37,601 bases of DNA, taken from NCBI RefSeq assembly GCF_001194135.2, contig NC_068996.1, positions 35,381,964 through 35,419,564 on the forward strand, given 5' to 3'. The notes below the pieces were generated by a model that was not told the DNA's origin, made no database searches, and was given only the letters and a program-made list of their open reading frames with translations. The number at the start of each line of letters is the position of its first letter. Position 1 is the first letter of the stretch. The position numbers and the translations under genes are program-made. Below are positions 24,219 to 35,099 of this stretch, piece by piece. The DNA comes from Octopus bimaculoides (lineage: Eukaryota).

Positions 24219-24659
24219 GGGGTTGACGTTAGGACGAATGGTGGCGACAGAGATAGAGGTCCTCGAATGCTGCTGGACGAAGTTGATGAGTCTCCATGTG
24301 CCTGCTGTTGTGTTGTTGTTGGAACTGGCTGTGTCCTGTGTGGTCAGTGGCTAGACCTTAAAAGGTCTGGAACCGAAAGACATCGAGACGGTGTGAAGCT
24401 AGAGTTTTATAATGAACAGTCGGCTCAAACTGAGGTTTAGAAGAGACTGTCTCACGTGAATTTATTTGAAGGCTGCGACTGGTTGAGTTGCATACTGGCG
24501 CGCGATAGAGCAAGAGACAAATTGCGCCAATACCAACCAATCAGAGCAGTGGACACAACAGGGTCCAAAAGTGCGGCCGAAGGCTAGTTGTTATCTACTA
24601 CGTCCGTATTTATGTATATATAACAGAGATCGAGGAATTTCCCTCAAGCGTACGCTGCA
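24219..24659 (-). repeat. LTR-B copy (5' portion), truncated at LTR-C
   Basis: Starts TGCAGCGTACG on the minus strand (compare TGTAGCGTAC at 20048) and is homologous to 20300-20620, including the TATA box. Confidence 0.75.
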
Positions 24660-24748
24660 AAGTTAACTTTTTGGTTAACGGAGTTAACTTTTCGATTAAC
24701 GGTGCCGTACCCACCTTTGATGAGTGGCTAATATTAAACTGGCTATAC

Positions 24749-24975
24749 AAGGTGGTGAGCCGGCAGAATGCACGCTGGGTAGGATGCACGCTGGGCATGA
24801 TGCTTAGCGGCATTTTATCCGTCTCTACGTTCTGAGTACAAATTCCGTAGAGGTCTACTTTGCCTTTCATCCCTTTTGGGGTGATAAAATAAGTACTAAT
24901 GGAGCACTGGGGTCGATGTAATCGACTTATCCCCCTCCCTGAAATTGTTGGCCTTGTGTCAAAATTTGAAACCAA
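24749..24975 (+). mobile_element. SINE family A
   Basis: AAGGTGGTGAGCCGGCAGAA...TTTGCCTTTCATCCTTTTGGGGTGATAAAATAAGTAC...AAATTTGAAACCA, with a short internal duplication ATGCACGCTGGG x2. Confidence 0.85.
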
Positions 24976-25471
24976 TACTGAACTGAGTATGAAGGTTAAT
25001 ATTAAGATGAGCAGAGTGACATGTTTCGGTGTTGCAAGATTTACTCCACGAGTCATAATCTTTCCTCCACTTCAGATATTCTTGTACCCTCTGTGGGTCA
25101 TATTTTCCTGGATCTATGTGTCGTTTGAATATTCCCAATTTTATAGGTCCAGTCTTCAAGACTTTTCAAAACTGGATTAACGAATTATGGGATGGTAAAT
25201 TATTATTATATTTTTGGTTCTTGTTCTACTGTTCAAAGTACAAGGAAATTTTTATCATCATAAGCTGAGTGAAGAGAAATATTTTTAACATAGAAATATG
25301 TCAAATCAAAGTCAACAATCGTTTTAAGTGACCAATTAGAGCAAAGTATATAAATAGTAAACTGAAAGTGAGGCTCCGTCATGAAAAAAATATGTTGTTT
25401 TAATAACAAATACATTATTGACGGAAGTGTTGCCTAGAAACGAAATTGAAGATTCAAACAATAAAACAACG

Positions 25472-25517
<46 letters not shown>

Positions 25518-25642
25518 ACACACACATGTATAAACTTAATAGCTAGATATAAGTACTGTATATATATACATAGAAATGAGTGTGTGTGAGCGAGTGTGTG
25601 TGTATATTTGTGTGTGGGTGTGCATGTATGTGTGTGTGTGTG

Positions 25643-25870
25643 TGTGAAGGCGTGTGACTTAGTGGCTAGGGGTGTTGCATTCACGATGTCACTAACGTGC
25701 TTTCGATTCTCAGACTGGTTGCACGTCGTGTTTCTTGAGCAAGACACTTCATTTCACGTTGCTCCATTCCACTCAGTTGTAATTGGAGAACCCTGCGACG
25801 GACTAACTTTCCAATCGGGGGAAATGTTGGTCTGCTCTCCCATCCAGTGGGGTGGCATCATTTGAAAAAT
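25643..25870 (+). mobile_element. SINE family D, 5' part
   Basis: Head GTGAAGGCGTGTGACTTAGTGGCTAGG and central TTCTTGAGCAAGACACTTCATTTCACGTTGCTCCATTCCACTCAG. Confidence 0.75.
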
Positions 25871-26128
25871 AGAACGATGCGAATTGCACTGTGGCCAGCG
25901 ATGTATAACAACATCCGATAGTCTGGTCGATACCATGATATATATANNNNNNNNNNNNNNNNNNNNNNNNNNNNNNNNNNNNNNNNNNNNNNNNNNNNNN
26001 NNNNNNNNNNNNNNNNNNNNNNNNNNNNNNNNNNNNNNNNNNNNNNNNNNNNNNNNNNNNNNNNNNNNNNNNNNNNNNNNNNNNNNNNNNNNNNNNNNNN
26101 NNNNNNNNNNNNNNNNNNNNNNNNNNNN

Positions 26129-26179
<51 letters not shown>

Positions 26180-26210
26180 CATACATACATACATACATAC
26201 AGACATACAT

Positions 26211-27753
26211 ATCAAAAAGTTCCCGGACTGGTTCTGTAGCGCACCAACAGATGGCAGAACACGGTGGCGTATGCAGGGAGAATTACCAGTGACCTTCATG
26301 AGGCAGTGTGCCGAGTGGCATCGCAGTGTTTGCTTCGCAAGTTGTGAAATTTGTGTTTTTGTGATCTCGTGTATGTAGTAGTTTGAGATTTTTGTCATAG
26401 ACAGGAACAAAGAGCTAACGTGAATTTATGCGTCAAACTTGGGAAGTCTACAACAGAGACATTGAGCATGCTTTAGCAAGATTATGGCGACGAGGCTGTA
26501 GTATCCTCCTTCTCCAATGTCGTGGTACCGCCACGATATTGTGATGGGTGGTTTAGATACACTGTACCAGTGTTGTAACAATAAACAAAATAACGACGCA
26601 GCCGTAATAACAACGTGACGATCCAACAATCTCTTCACGAACCAACAATCAATATTCCAAACAAACTAACCAACCGACACCTTCCGACTTCACTGCGAAC
26701 TGAACTCGACCTAACACACAAATTTCACTCCAACCGCTACTATTTATAATCGCTGTGGCCAGTCTATTTCTCGCAAGTGGGCGTCGTGACTCTCATCACA
26801 ACAGAAGCAATGGGTCGTACGCAATGTTTCAAGTGGCATGGGCGCTTTAAAAGCAGAAGATCGTCCTTGGAAAACGTTGAGTGATCTGGAAGACCTGCCA
26901 CGAGTGTCACCCCTGGAAATAAATTCATCAACTTGTACATGAGGATCGTCGGAGGATAATCAACGACTTTGCTGGTGTTGTTGGTCTGTCGTATGTGTCT
27001 GTGCAGGCAATCCTAACGTCTGAATTGAACATGCGGCGTATCTGCCGAGTTTGTCTCCCTGCTGACCACTAAGTAGAAAGAACATCGCGTCGAAGTCTGT
27101 CGAGATCTTCGTCAGCGTGCCGCTGATGACTCATCCTTCATGTCGAGTATCATCACTGGTGACGAGATTTGGGTGTACGGGTACGATCCTGAGACGAAGC
27201 AGCAGTCGTCACAATGGAAGAGCTTTTCATCTCTACGACCAGAGAAGGTACGACAAAGCCGCAGCTGAATCAAGATCATGCTCATCGGTTTTTCGACATC
27301 CGCGGTATTGTGCTTCGAGAGTTCGTCCCCCAGGGTCAGACAGAGGGAAGTCGTTTGGCGAAAGCGATCGGATCTGCGGAGCGCGAAGAATTGGATTCTT
27401 CACGACGACAATGCACCTTGTCACCGAGCTCTCCCAACTCGTGAGTTTCTCGCCAAAAACAATATGGTATCGCTTCCGCACCTGCACTATACCAGTGAAC
27501 TTCCATCTCTTCCCCAAGATGAAAATACAGCTCAAAGGTCACCGTTTTAACACCGTTGTCGAGAACCAGAGCGAATCGCACAAGGTCTTCCACTCGCTTA
27601 GGGAAAACGACTTCCAGGCCGGATTCAAAAAGTGGCAGGAACGCAGGGACTATTTTAAAGGTGACTATTTCGATGGAGATGATTTTAAAACTTAGGTAAA
27701 TAAGTTATTTTTTATTAAACATAATATTACAGGAACTTTTTGATGCCACCTCG
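26211..27753 (+). mobile_element. mariner transposon with decayed transposase
   Basis: Right TIR GGAACTTTTTGATGCCACCTCG|TA; the left TIR survives as ATCAAAAAGTTCC. Peptides EQRANVNLCVKLGKSTTET, IITGDEIWVYGYDPETKQQSSQW, WILHDDNAPCH and HLFPKMKIQLKG are present, with frameshifts and deletions. Confidence 0.92.
26540..26800 (-). repeat. LTR-like insertion (261 bp) interrupting the mariner ORF
   Basis: TGTGATG...CATCACA termini and TATAAATAG on the minus strand. It sits between the GDEA and EAMGRTQCF parts of the transposase. No TSD. Confidence 0.55.
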
Positions 27754-27774
27754 TATATATATATATATATATAT

Positions 27775-27861
<87 letters not shown>

Positions 27862-27959
27862 GAGAGAGAGAATGAGAGAGCCATACATACATACATATAC
27901 TCACATATACGTGTGCGTGTGTGTGTGCATACTATACGTACATGCATAGTGGTGCAGCT

Positions 27960-28119
27960 AGAGTGTGTAGCACCCGAAGTAAACACTGAGCTTGTTCCAG
28001 CCCCTACCGGGCACCCCCAGCATTGTGCTTATCCAGCACATCCAAAAGTGCCGTTCCTTAACTGCATCAATCGGGGTGGGCTGCCACCCCTTGCCTCCCA
28101 GCCTCTGGCTACGCTACTG
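27960..28119. mobile_element. hAT-like terminal fragment (repeated at 28319-28394)
   Basis: Ends GGCTACGCTACTG, the reverse complement of CAGTAGCGTAGCC, which resembles a hAT terminus. Confidence 0.45.
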
Positions 28120-28538
28120 TACATACATACATACACACACATACATACATACATACATACATACATACATACATACATACATACACACACATACATACAT
28201 ACATACATACATACATACATACATACATACACACACATACATACATACTTACATACATACACACACACACACTCACACAAACATATACATACATATACAT
28301 ATATTCTANNNNNNNNNNAAAAGTGCCGTTCCTTAACTGCATCAATCGGGGTGGGCTGCCACCCCTTGCCTCCCAGCCTCTGGCTACGCTACTGTACATA
28401 CATACATACACACACATACATACATACATACATACATACATACATACATACATACATACACACACATACATACATACATACATACANNNNNNNNNNCTTC
28501 CGAGTTCTCGTATATTTTATCTTCCGTCTTTCATCTGC

Positions 28539-28570
<32 letters not shown>

Positions 28571-29879
28571 CATAATGCACATACGCTCAGTCTACATACA
28601 AACAGACATATACACATAAATATATGCAGTTACACACACACATACACACACACATACACACACACATACACACACACATACACACACACACATACACACA
28701 CACAGGTGTGTACATGTATGTGTATTGCATATACCTGCACATACACATTCACAAACGCATCCTTTGATGCATGTACAAATGCATACAAAATAAAAATGTC
28801 ATTGCATTACGTCATTATTGACTTGTAGTCATTGTTATTGGTCTAGCAGCAGTAGTAGTGGCGGGTGCGTATGTGGTTGGGAGGGATAATATTGTTCGTG
28901 GTGGTAGTAGTGGTGATGATGATGTTGGTGTTGGTGGTGTTGTTAGTAGACGGTGCAAGGTGGCGGCGGCGGCGGCGGTTGTGTTTCCAGTGGTGACGGT
29001 GATGAGTAATAAAATTGTATTAGTAGTGGTGATGCTGATGATGTTTTTGTTGTTGATGGTGTTATTGTGGTAGTGGTGTTCTTTGAGATGATTATGGTCG
29101 GGTATTGGCGGTGGTGGTGGTGTTAGTGTATAAATAAAAAAAAACTTGTTTTGTCAGTTACGTTTCTGTATGAAACAATAGCCATTAGCGAAAAACTATA
29201 TAAGTCGCCGCCGCCGCCACCACTCACCACTAATCTCGTTTTACTATTGTTTCACTGTGAAAACTATTGTCGGCTCCAACAATCAATAACATTTCTGTAG
29301 AAGTTAGTGAAAAACAATTTAACCTGGGAACGAATCTTCCTTTCCTTTCCCATTCTGTCTCATTCTCTTTCTCATCCTAACTTTACTCGCTTCCCACCTC
29401 TTTTTGTTATTTATTGCTCACCTTTATTGTTATCTTTTTTTCTTTGTCACATTTGTTTTTTTCGTTTTTCATTATAAGATGTTACTGTTACTGATTGTTG
29501 TGTAAAAACAACCGTCGTGGAGCTGCTAACCCTAAGATGGTTACTTCTGTCAATAATTCAAGTATCCAGTAATGTTATGTAAGATAAATACACGACTCTG
29601 AAGGTTTTACAATATACCTTGATTATGCAATTTACATTTTGTAGCTAAAACTACTTTTTGTTAATGAAATGTTCGTAAGATGGTGTAAATAAATATTTTA
29701 TAAATAATCTCATGTTTTTTATGTATGTAATGAATCAAATTCAAAGTTACTTCTCGATGTAATTTCAAAGTTACAATAATTTTTTTTTTAATGGCATACA
29801 AAATGGTATCTGTCCTAGAATGATACTTTCTATATCGACCAACCCCCACCCCCACCTGGAAGAATAAAAAACAAAACTA

Positions 29880-29960
29880 ACTTCGAAGAGAACGCAAGCG
29901 AAATAAATACCGCAAGGCATTTTCCCGACGCTCTAACGATTCCACCGCTTTGTCGCCCTA
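29880..29960 (-). mobile_element. SINE family A, degenerate head fragment
   Basis: AAATACCGCAAGGCATTTTCCCGACGCTCTAACGATTCC matches the reverse complement of the family head. Confidence 0.6.
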
Positions 29961-31246
29961 AAGGCAAACTCGAGCTCTTGAAAGAAGTTATTCTTGTAGA
30001 GTTGCAAAACCTCAAATCACTCAAGGAGTTCCAAATTCACTACTGTCATGCAATGAGACGTTTCCCACGGTGACACTCTGTCTTATGGCCGTCCAAGTTC
30101 AGCCAATATAGTTCTGTCATGATTCAGACCATTGACATTGAGAAACTGGTCACTTTGAGGATTAATACGACCTTAGTTTTTGGTTAGTCCCTCCATACAA
30201 CAATTTCGTTTTATTTAAAATTTGGTATCATTTGCCATGTAAATCTCCAAAAGCGTTCAAGAGCGATTCTAAATTTGAACCATCTGAATCCACTACAGCA
30301 TCTCTTATATAGGTTATCTAATTTCTGCTGTTAAGATTTTTCATGGTGCTACAGGTTTTTTAGATCCGTTCCAAAACACGAATAAAAGTTTCGCGGCAAA
30401 AACTGGTGGAAGTATTGTTACTAATCATTAACCGAATTGATTACTGAGTTTTCTTCGCTGTTTTTGATTTCTAATAATAATGTTAGTGGTTTGTTACTCA
30501 GTCGAATGCCACATATTTTCATCGTACAGCCTGTTCGCTCCGTTTCAGTATCCTTAATTCAAATAGGCATCAATTTGCGCTTGTTGCATCTGTAACCATA
30601 GAAGATTACAGCGTCTTCGCTGGAGGCTTGTTTTACCAAAGGAACTTGTCCAAAGAAGACGACAAGAGTATAAACGTCGATAGATAAAAGCGATGGAAGT
30701 GACTTGTTCTTAAGCTTTATCTCCATTAATTTGGGGCCATCACTGAAATGCGACAGTGTCTCCAAAATAAATGGAAGCATGCAACGCAAAACCTAACTGA
30801 TGAAGCATCAGATCAAACTGTATTGGACATTGATTTTCGATTAAGCTGAATGTCCAATTTTTTCATCGTAGAACTATTTGAAATATCTGTGTCCATGAAC
30901 ATGAAGGGTTATTGCCAGATCCGACAATATGAACTGCAGAAGTGCTTCAGTATTAAGCTCAAAAGCTATTTGTTATCCAATATATTCTTCACAAATAACA
31001 TTCTCAAAAACATGGTGCCGAACATTAAGGGCTGTTCAAATTCCGAAAACTCCATTTCATTACTAGTTAATAAAGGGTCTGAGACACATTTCTTGGGTTA
31101 TTTTTACTTCGATTTCTGCTGTCATGATAAAACTTCGTTCTGAATACCGTGATGTAAATATTTCGCCAGTAAATTCAATATATTGTTATTGTTGATGATG
31201 ATGATGGTGACGGTAATGATGATAGTGATGATATTGTTGTTGTTAG

Positions 31247-31637
31247 TTATTACCTCCGTCTTAGCGAAGGCGGAGTTATTGTTTTCAGTCGTATTTGTTT
31301 GTTTGTTTGTCTGTGGACAAGATATCTCAAGAGCCGCTGGATGGATTTGGATGAAATTGTCAAGGATGTTTGGTCTCGTGACTGGCACGAACTGATTAGA
31401 TTTTGGGATTCTGGATTATTTTTCCTGTTTTTTAACTTAATTTTTGAGAGCGGTCGGGTTCATTTTTAGTATTCTCATTTGTGAGAGCAGTTGAGTTTGT
31501 TTCAGATATTCTCATTTTAAAAATCATCTCTGGTTAATCGTTGAGAGGTTAATCGTTGAGAGGTTAATCGCTGAGAAGTTAATCGTTGAGAGGACGTTGG
31601 TGTTGCCTTGGCGGAGGTTTGCTCTCTCTGAGTGCTC

Positions 31638-31642
<5 letters not shown>
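31247..31642 (+). mobile_element. Helentron-associated (HINE/DINE-1-like) non-autonomous element
   Basis: 5' TTATTACCTCCGTCTTAGCGAAGGCGGAG hairpin, (GTTT)n tract, GATGGATTTGGATGAAA, 3' subTIR GCCTTGGCGGAGGT (31605-31618) and a short terminal GCTCTCTCTGAGTGC hairpin. Confidence 0.75.
31532..31591. repeat. 15-bp tandem repeat x4 (GGTTAATCGTTGAGA)
   Basis: Direct reading; lies inside the HINE-like element. Confidence 0.9.
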
Positions 31643-31704
<62 letters not shown>

Positions 31705-31712
31705 CATTATTA

Positions 31713-31774
<62 letters not shown>

Positions 31775-31795
31775 GTTATTATTATTATTATTATT
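31641..31795. repeat. (TTA)n microsatellite
   Basis: Direct reading; source of the poly-N/I/L/Y ORFs in the track. Confidence 0.95.
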
Positions 31796-31920
31796 AAGGC
31801 GACGAGCTGGCAGAATCGTTAGCACACCGGACAAAATGCTTAACGGCATATCGTCCGTCTTTACATTCTGAGTTCAAATTCCACTGAGGTCAACTTTGCC
31901 TTTCATCCTTTCAGGGGTCC
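31796..31920 (+). mobile_element. SINE family A, 5' half
   Basis: AAGGCGACGAGCTGGCAGAATCGTTAGCAC...GAGTTCAAATTCC...TTTGCCTTTCATCCTTTC. Confidence 0.85.
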
Positions 31921-32284
31921 TGATCCTAGCCACCAATTCGTATTCCTTTAGAATGGTGCGAAAATCTGAAAATTATAACGCTAATAAAAAATTTTAACTT
32001 AGAGCATATTGTTTTCATTTTCAATACGCGTGTGTGTGTGAGTGTGTATAGTAGTAGCAGCAGCAGCAAATCTCATGTATACATATTCATATGTCTATTT
32101 CATAAGATACCCTGTAATTTAACTCAAATTCACCCATTTATTACTGTCAGAGGAATACTTATAATGCAGAATTGGCCTATGTGATCATGGACCATGTTTA
32201 ATTCGCCTTTGCACGAAAGCAATAGCCTCAACCTAATCAAACTGTAAAGGGTAAGGGTAGGCGTAAAAGGGCAAAGACCCCCTT

Positions 32285-32377
32285 CGGGCAAAGAGACAAA
32301 GAGACAAACAAACAAACAAACAGACAAACAAACAAAAGCGACCGAAAACGATACCTCTGCCAAGGCGGAGGTAATAA
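32285..32377 (-). mobile_element. HINE-like element, 5' end only
   Basis: The minus strand reads TTATTACCTCCGCCTTGGCAGAGGTATCGTTTTCGGTCG followed by (TTTG)n, matching 31247-31310. Confidence 0.7.
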
Positions 32378-32562
32378 AGTGGATCTTCCATTTTGGGGCA
32401 TTGGTGGAAGGGCTGATGCATTGAGCATTGAGAAGAAATGTTGAGACGATAATGGTGGCTGATTTTGACTTGTTTTGGTAATTTGCTTGTTAAAAGCAGC
32501 ATGAAGATTTGATGGCTGGGTAACAAACTCTGGTTGAATGGGCTGTGAACAACAGGAATCAA

Positions 32563-34124
32563 GATTTAGTCACAGATCGATCAACTCAGTAAAGTTTTAA
32601 AATTTTTGTCGCAACAATATCTCGAAACATTCTAATGAAAAAGTGAAAGAAAGGACAATGCCATTCTCTCTTTAGAAGATAAATAAATTTGGTACTGATA
32701 GAAAGGCAAAAAACACTGGAAGCAGTCAAGTGGAACGGGAGACAGCCTGCAAAATTAAGAAAAAACGTATTTAGACTTATTTACCATCAAAAAAAAAAAA
32801 TTCCAAGAAATCGCACATGTCGGCATGCCCAAAAAATACACAAAAATGTTATGAGATTTATCGCTTACATACCTTTCAAAAATCATTGTGGGTAGATTTC
32901 TGCTATGTTTTTGATGAAGGTCTTATAGTTCTCCCACGATCGGTCGCGTGTCATGTTGTACATATCTCTACACATTGCTTCGTCAACGTGCGACCATCAC
33001 ATATCTCCACTTGACCAGAATTTGCATTTCAGTCGTCTTTAAATTCGGCTCCATTATGCCTCAACTCTGTTTGTTCATACGCTACCCTCGGGGCCCATAA
33101 AATTCCGAGAGTGGTTGAAAGTTCCATGGATGTAGCCAAGTCATTCAAGGCTCCGCTAACCGGCCCACTGGTCTGTTAATATTATAGACCCTGGTTCTAT
33201 GTTTTCTATAATGAGTGCCTCCAGTGTCTCTGCCTTTCTATCTTGAAGTGTTGCAAATAACCTTTTTTTCTGGATGTTATCGTAGAAGCCAACAACCCAG
33301 AACAACTGCACCACACGCCCTACTTCATTTTTTCTACGAAACATCAAACTTTCGTCTACTTTTACGACATGATTCGGGCCACCCAATTTCTTTTTGTCTT
33401 TCAATAACTTCTGCGAACAGATTTCACGGCAATGCTCGTACCATTGTATTGCCGTGACTTTACTTACATTGTTCGGACACATAGAACTGGTTACCGGCAT
33501 TTCGAAAATGATGTCAAAAATAATATGCAATATTTGGTAGACAGAAAGTTTACTCTTCTCCACAAACGTGTTCTTTCGAATCGAGACTCTTTTCCGACAG
33601 TTTCTACATCTCCATTCCATCCCGTTTGTTGCACGCTGTGAAGGTCTTATATCCATATCATTCCCACGTGTATACTGCTTCTGGTTAGCAATCAGTTGAT
33701 TTTCTTTCAGATAGTTAACGAAATTTTCGTTAGATTTTTTACCATTTGTTGTCGGGGGCAATCCATCTTCCGAGAACAACGTTAAGAAAATAATAAAACG
33801 TTCAAACAAACAAAAAGTTCAAAAAGTAGCAACAAATAAGACCAAAGGTAAAAAAAATCGTAACAAACAGTCAAAATTTTTTGAAGAAAAAGCAATAAAG
33901 AAAACAATTTGGTTGCAGGTTGAAGTTATAAAAACGTTCGTTCAAAACCAATCTTTTCAGTTTTGAAAATGAAACAAATGGTTTGATCAAAACTTCACGA
34001 CCGAAAATCTAGCCAATCGTAAGTCAGAGAAATATTGGTGCCTGTTTCATTACAATGTTTAGAGACACTATCTTGTTACAAAAATGTTAAAACTTTACCA
34101 ACTTAATCGATTTGTGACTAAACC
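32563..34124 (-). mobile_element. Merlin-superfamily DNA transposon (~1.56 kb)
   Basis: ~80-bp TIRs (32563-32640 vs 34045-34124, ~80% by eye, termini G(G/A)TTTAGTCAC) enclose an ISXO2/IS1595-like transposase. TSD not identified. Confidence 0.85.
32883..33809 (-). pseudogene. Merlin/ISXO2-like (DDE_Tnp_IS1595) transposase with in-frame stops
   Basis: Contains WRCRNCRKRVSIRKNTF, KLGGPNHVVKVDES, RKAETLEALIIENIEPGSIILTDQW. Past the stop the same frame reads LGYIHGTFNHSRNF...TNRVEA*W...IAEIYPQ*. Confidence 0.9.
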
Positions 34125-34713
34125 TTCATTTAATTTCATTTTATACCAACTTTACTATCAATTATATAGATAATTACAATTATGGTCTATAAAGATAACT
34201 TATTTATCTGTACATTTTCATAAATGTTTCTCACTTGCGATCAACCTTACAAATACATTTCTTGGGAGCTTAGCAATCTTTACAACTAGCCATGCAGATC
34301 GTGTTTGCAGAAAGCGAGACTGCCATTTCCGTGCACGATTCTTTCCCGGCTGGAGCAATGGACGTATTTACCAATGGCTATTGTGAAGCAGCTTCTGTTT
34401 ACAGTAAAACCAAAATATTGGATTAATATGCCTTGATCCTTGAAATCAAAACTTTATAGTTTGTATCAATCACTATCTGATCTAGGTAAACAATGCAAGC
34501 TATAAGAAATAACACAAATTAATGGTTTGTAGTTTTACCTTGTATTTCAATATTTTGGGGTTAAGATCCTTTTTCAGGAAATCTTCAGAAGTATGATGCT
34601 GTGAGCTGAACAGTATTATTTGAGTGGAGTGGGTTCATAAATCATAAAAAAACAGTACATTCAATTTAAAGTAATAGCAGAATCATGTTCAGTCAAGCAA
34701 AGTTAATCACATA

Positions 34714-34807
34714 AAATCCTATTTCTCTAAGCAGAAAGTATGATTAAACAACCATCAATCATGGTTGATTGAAAAAATTGTCCTGGTTGCTTAGAGAAAT
34801 AGGATTT
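34714..34807. repeat. 94-bp hairpin with perfect 20-bp stem
   Basis: AAATCCTATTTCTCTAAGCA (34714-34733) pairs with TGCTTAGAGAAATAGGATTT (34788-34807). An inner CAACCA/TGGTTG pair is also present. Confidence 0.85.
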
Positions 34808-35099
34808 CACAAGAAACACTCTGGTAACTTTGCATGGTCCTGAACATGGTCCTTAATTTTATGATACTGTATTAAAATCACATCTACTGATATTAATACT
34901 GAGTGTTTCCTCTACTGATGTCAACTAAAGGCCTTCTAAAACAGAATGTTGAAATCAGTCTCAAAAGACATCATTCTAGCTTTGACATCCAGCATGGACT
35001 TACACTGCTCAGTTGACTAGTTTGTCAACAAATGCTACAATGATTTAAGCATTCTTTATTTGAATAAGTGGCACAGGAGATTAAAGTATTCTCCATTAG

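Larger units (their letters stand above)
23576..24719. mobile_element. Possible hAT-like non-autonomous element hosting two LTRs
   Basis: Ends CAAACCTGGGCAC and GTACCCACCTTTG form an imperfect inverted pair, with GTTAAC/TTAACGG subterminal repeats at both ends. An 8-bp TSD is not supported (4/8). Confidence 0.35.

Noticed and set aside
23797-24354. 185-aa plus-strand ORF
   Set aside because: It is the antisense reading of solo LTR-C and LTR-B and has no protein motifs.
28044-28496. ~170-bp direct duplication (28044-28215 vs 28319-28486)
   Set aside because: The second copy is a tiny contig between two 10-N gaps, most likely a haplotype or assembly artefact.
30020-31143. Coding-like stretch and 97-aa ORF
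   Set aside because: Frequent stops in the frames I checked and no identifiable domain; possibly an old TE, but unsupported.
31532-31591. Regular short repeats as a CRISPR-like array
   Set aside because: The units are contiguous with no spacers, the context is eukaryotic, and they lie inside a HINE-like element.
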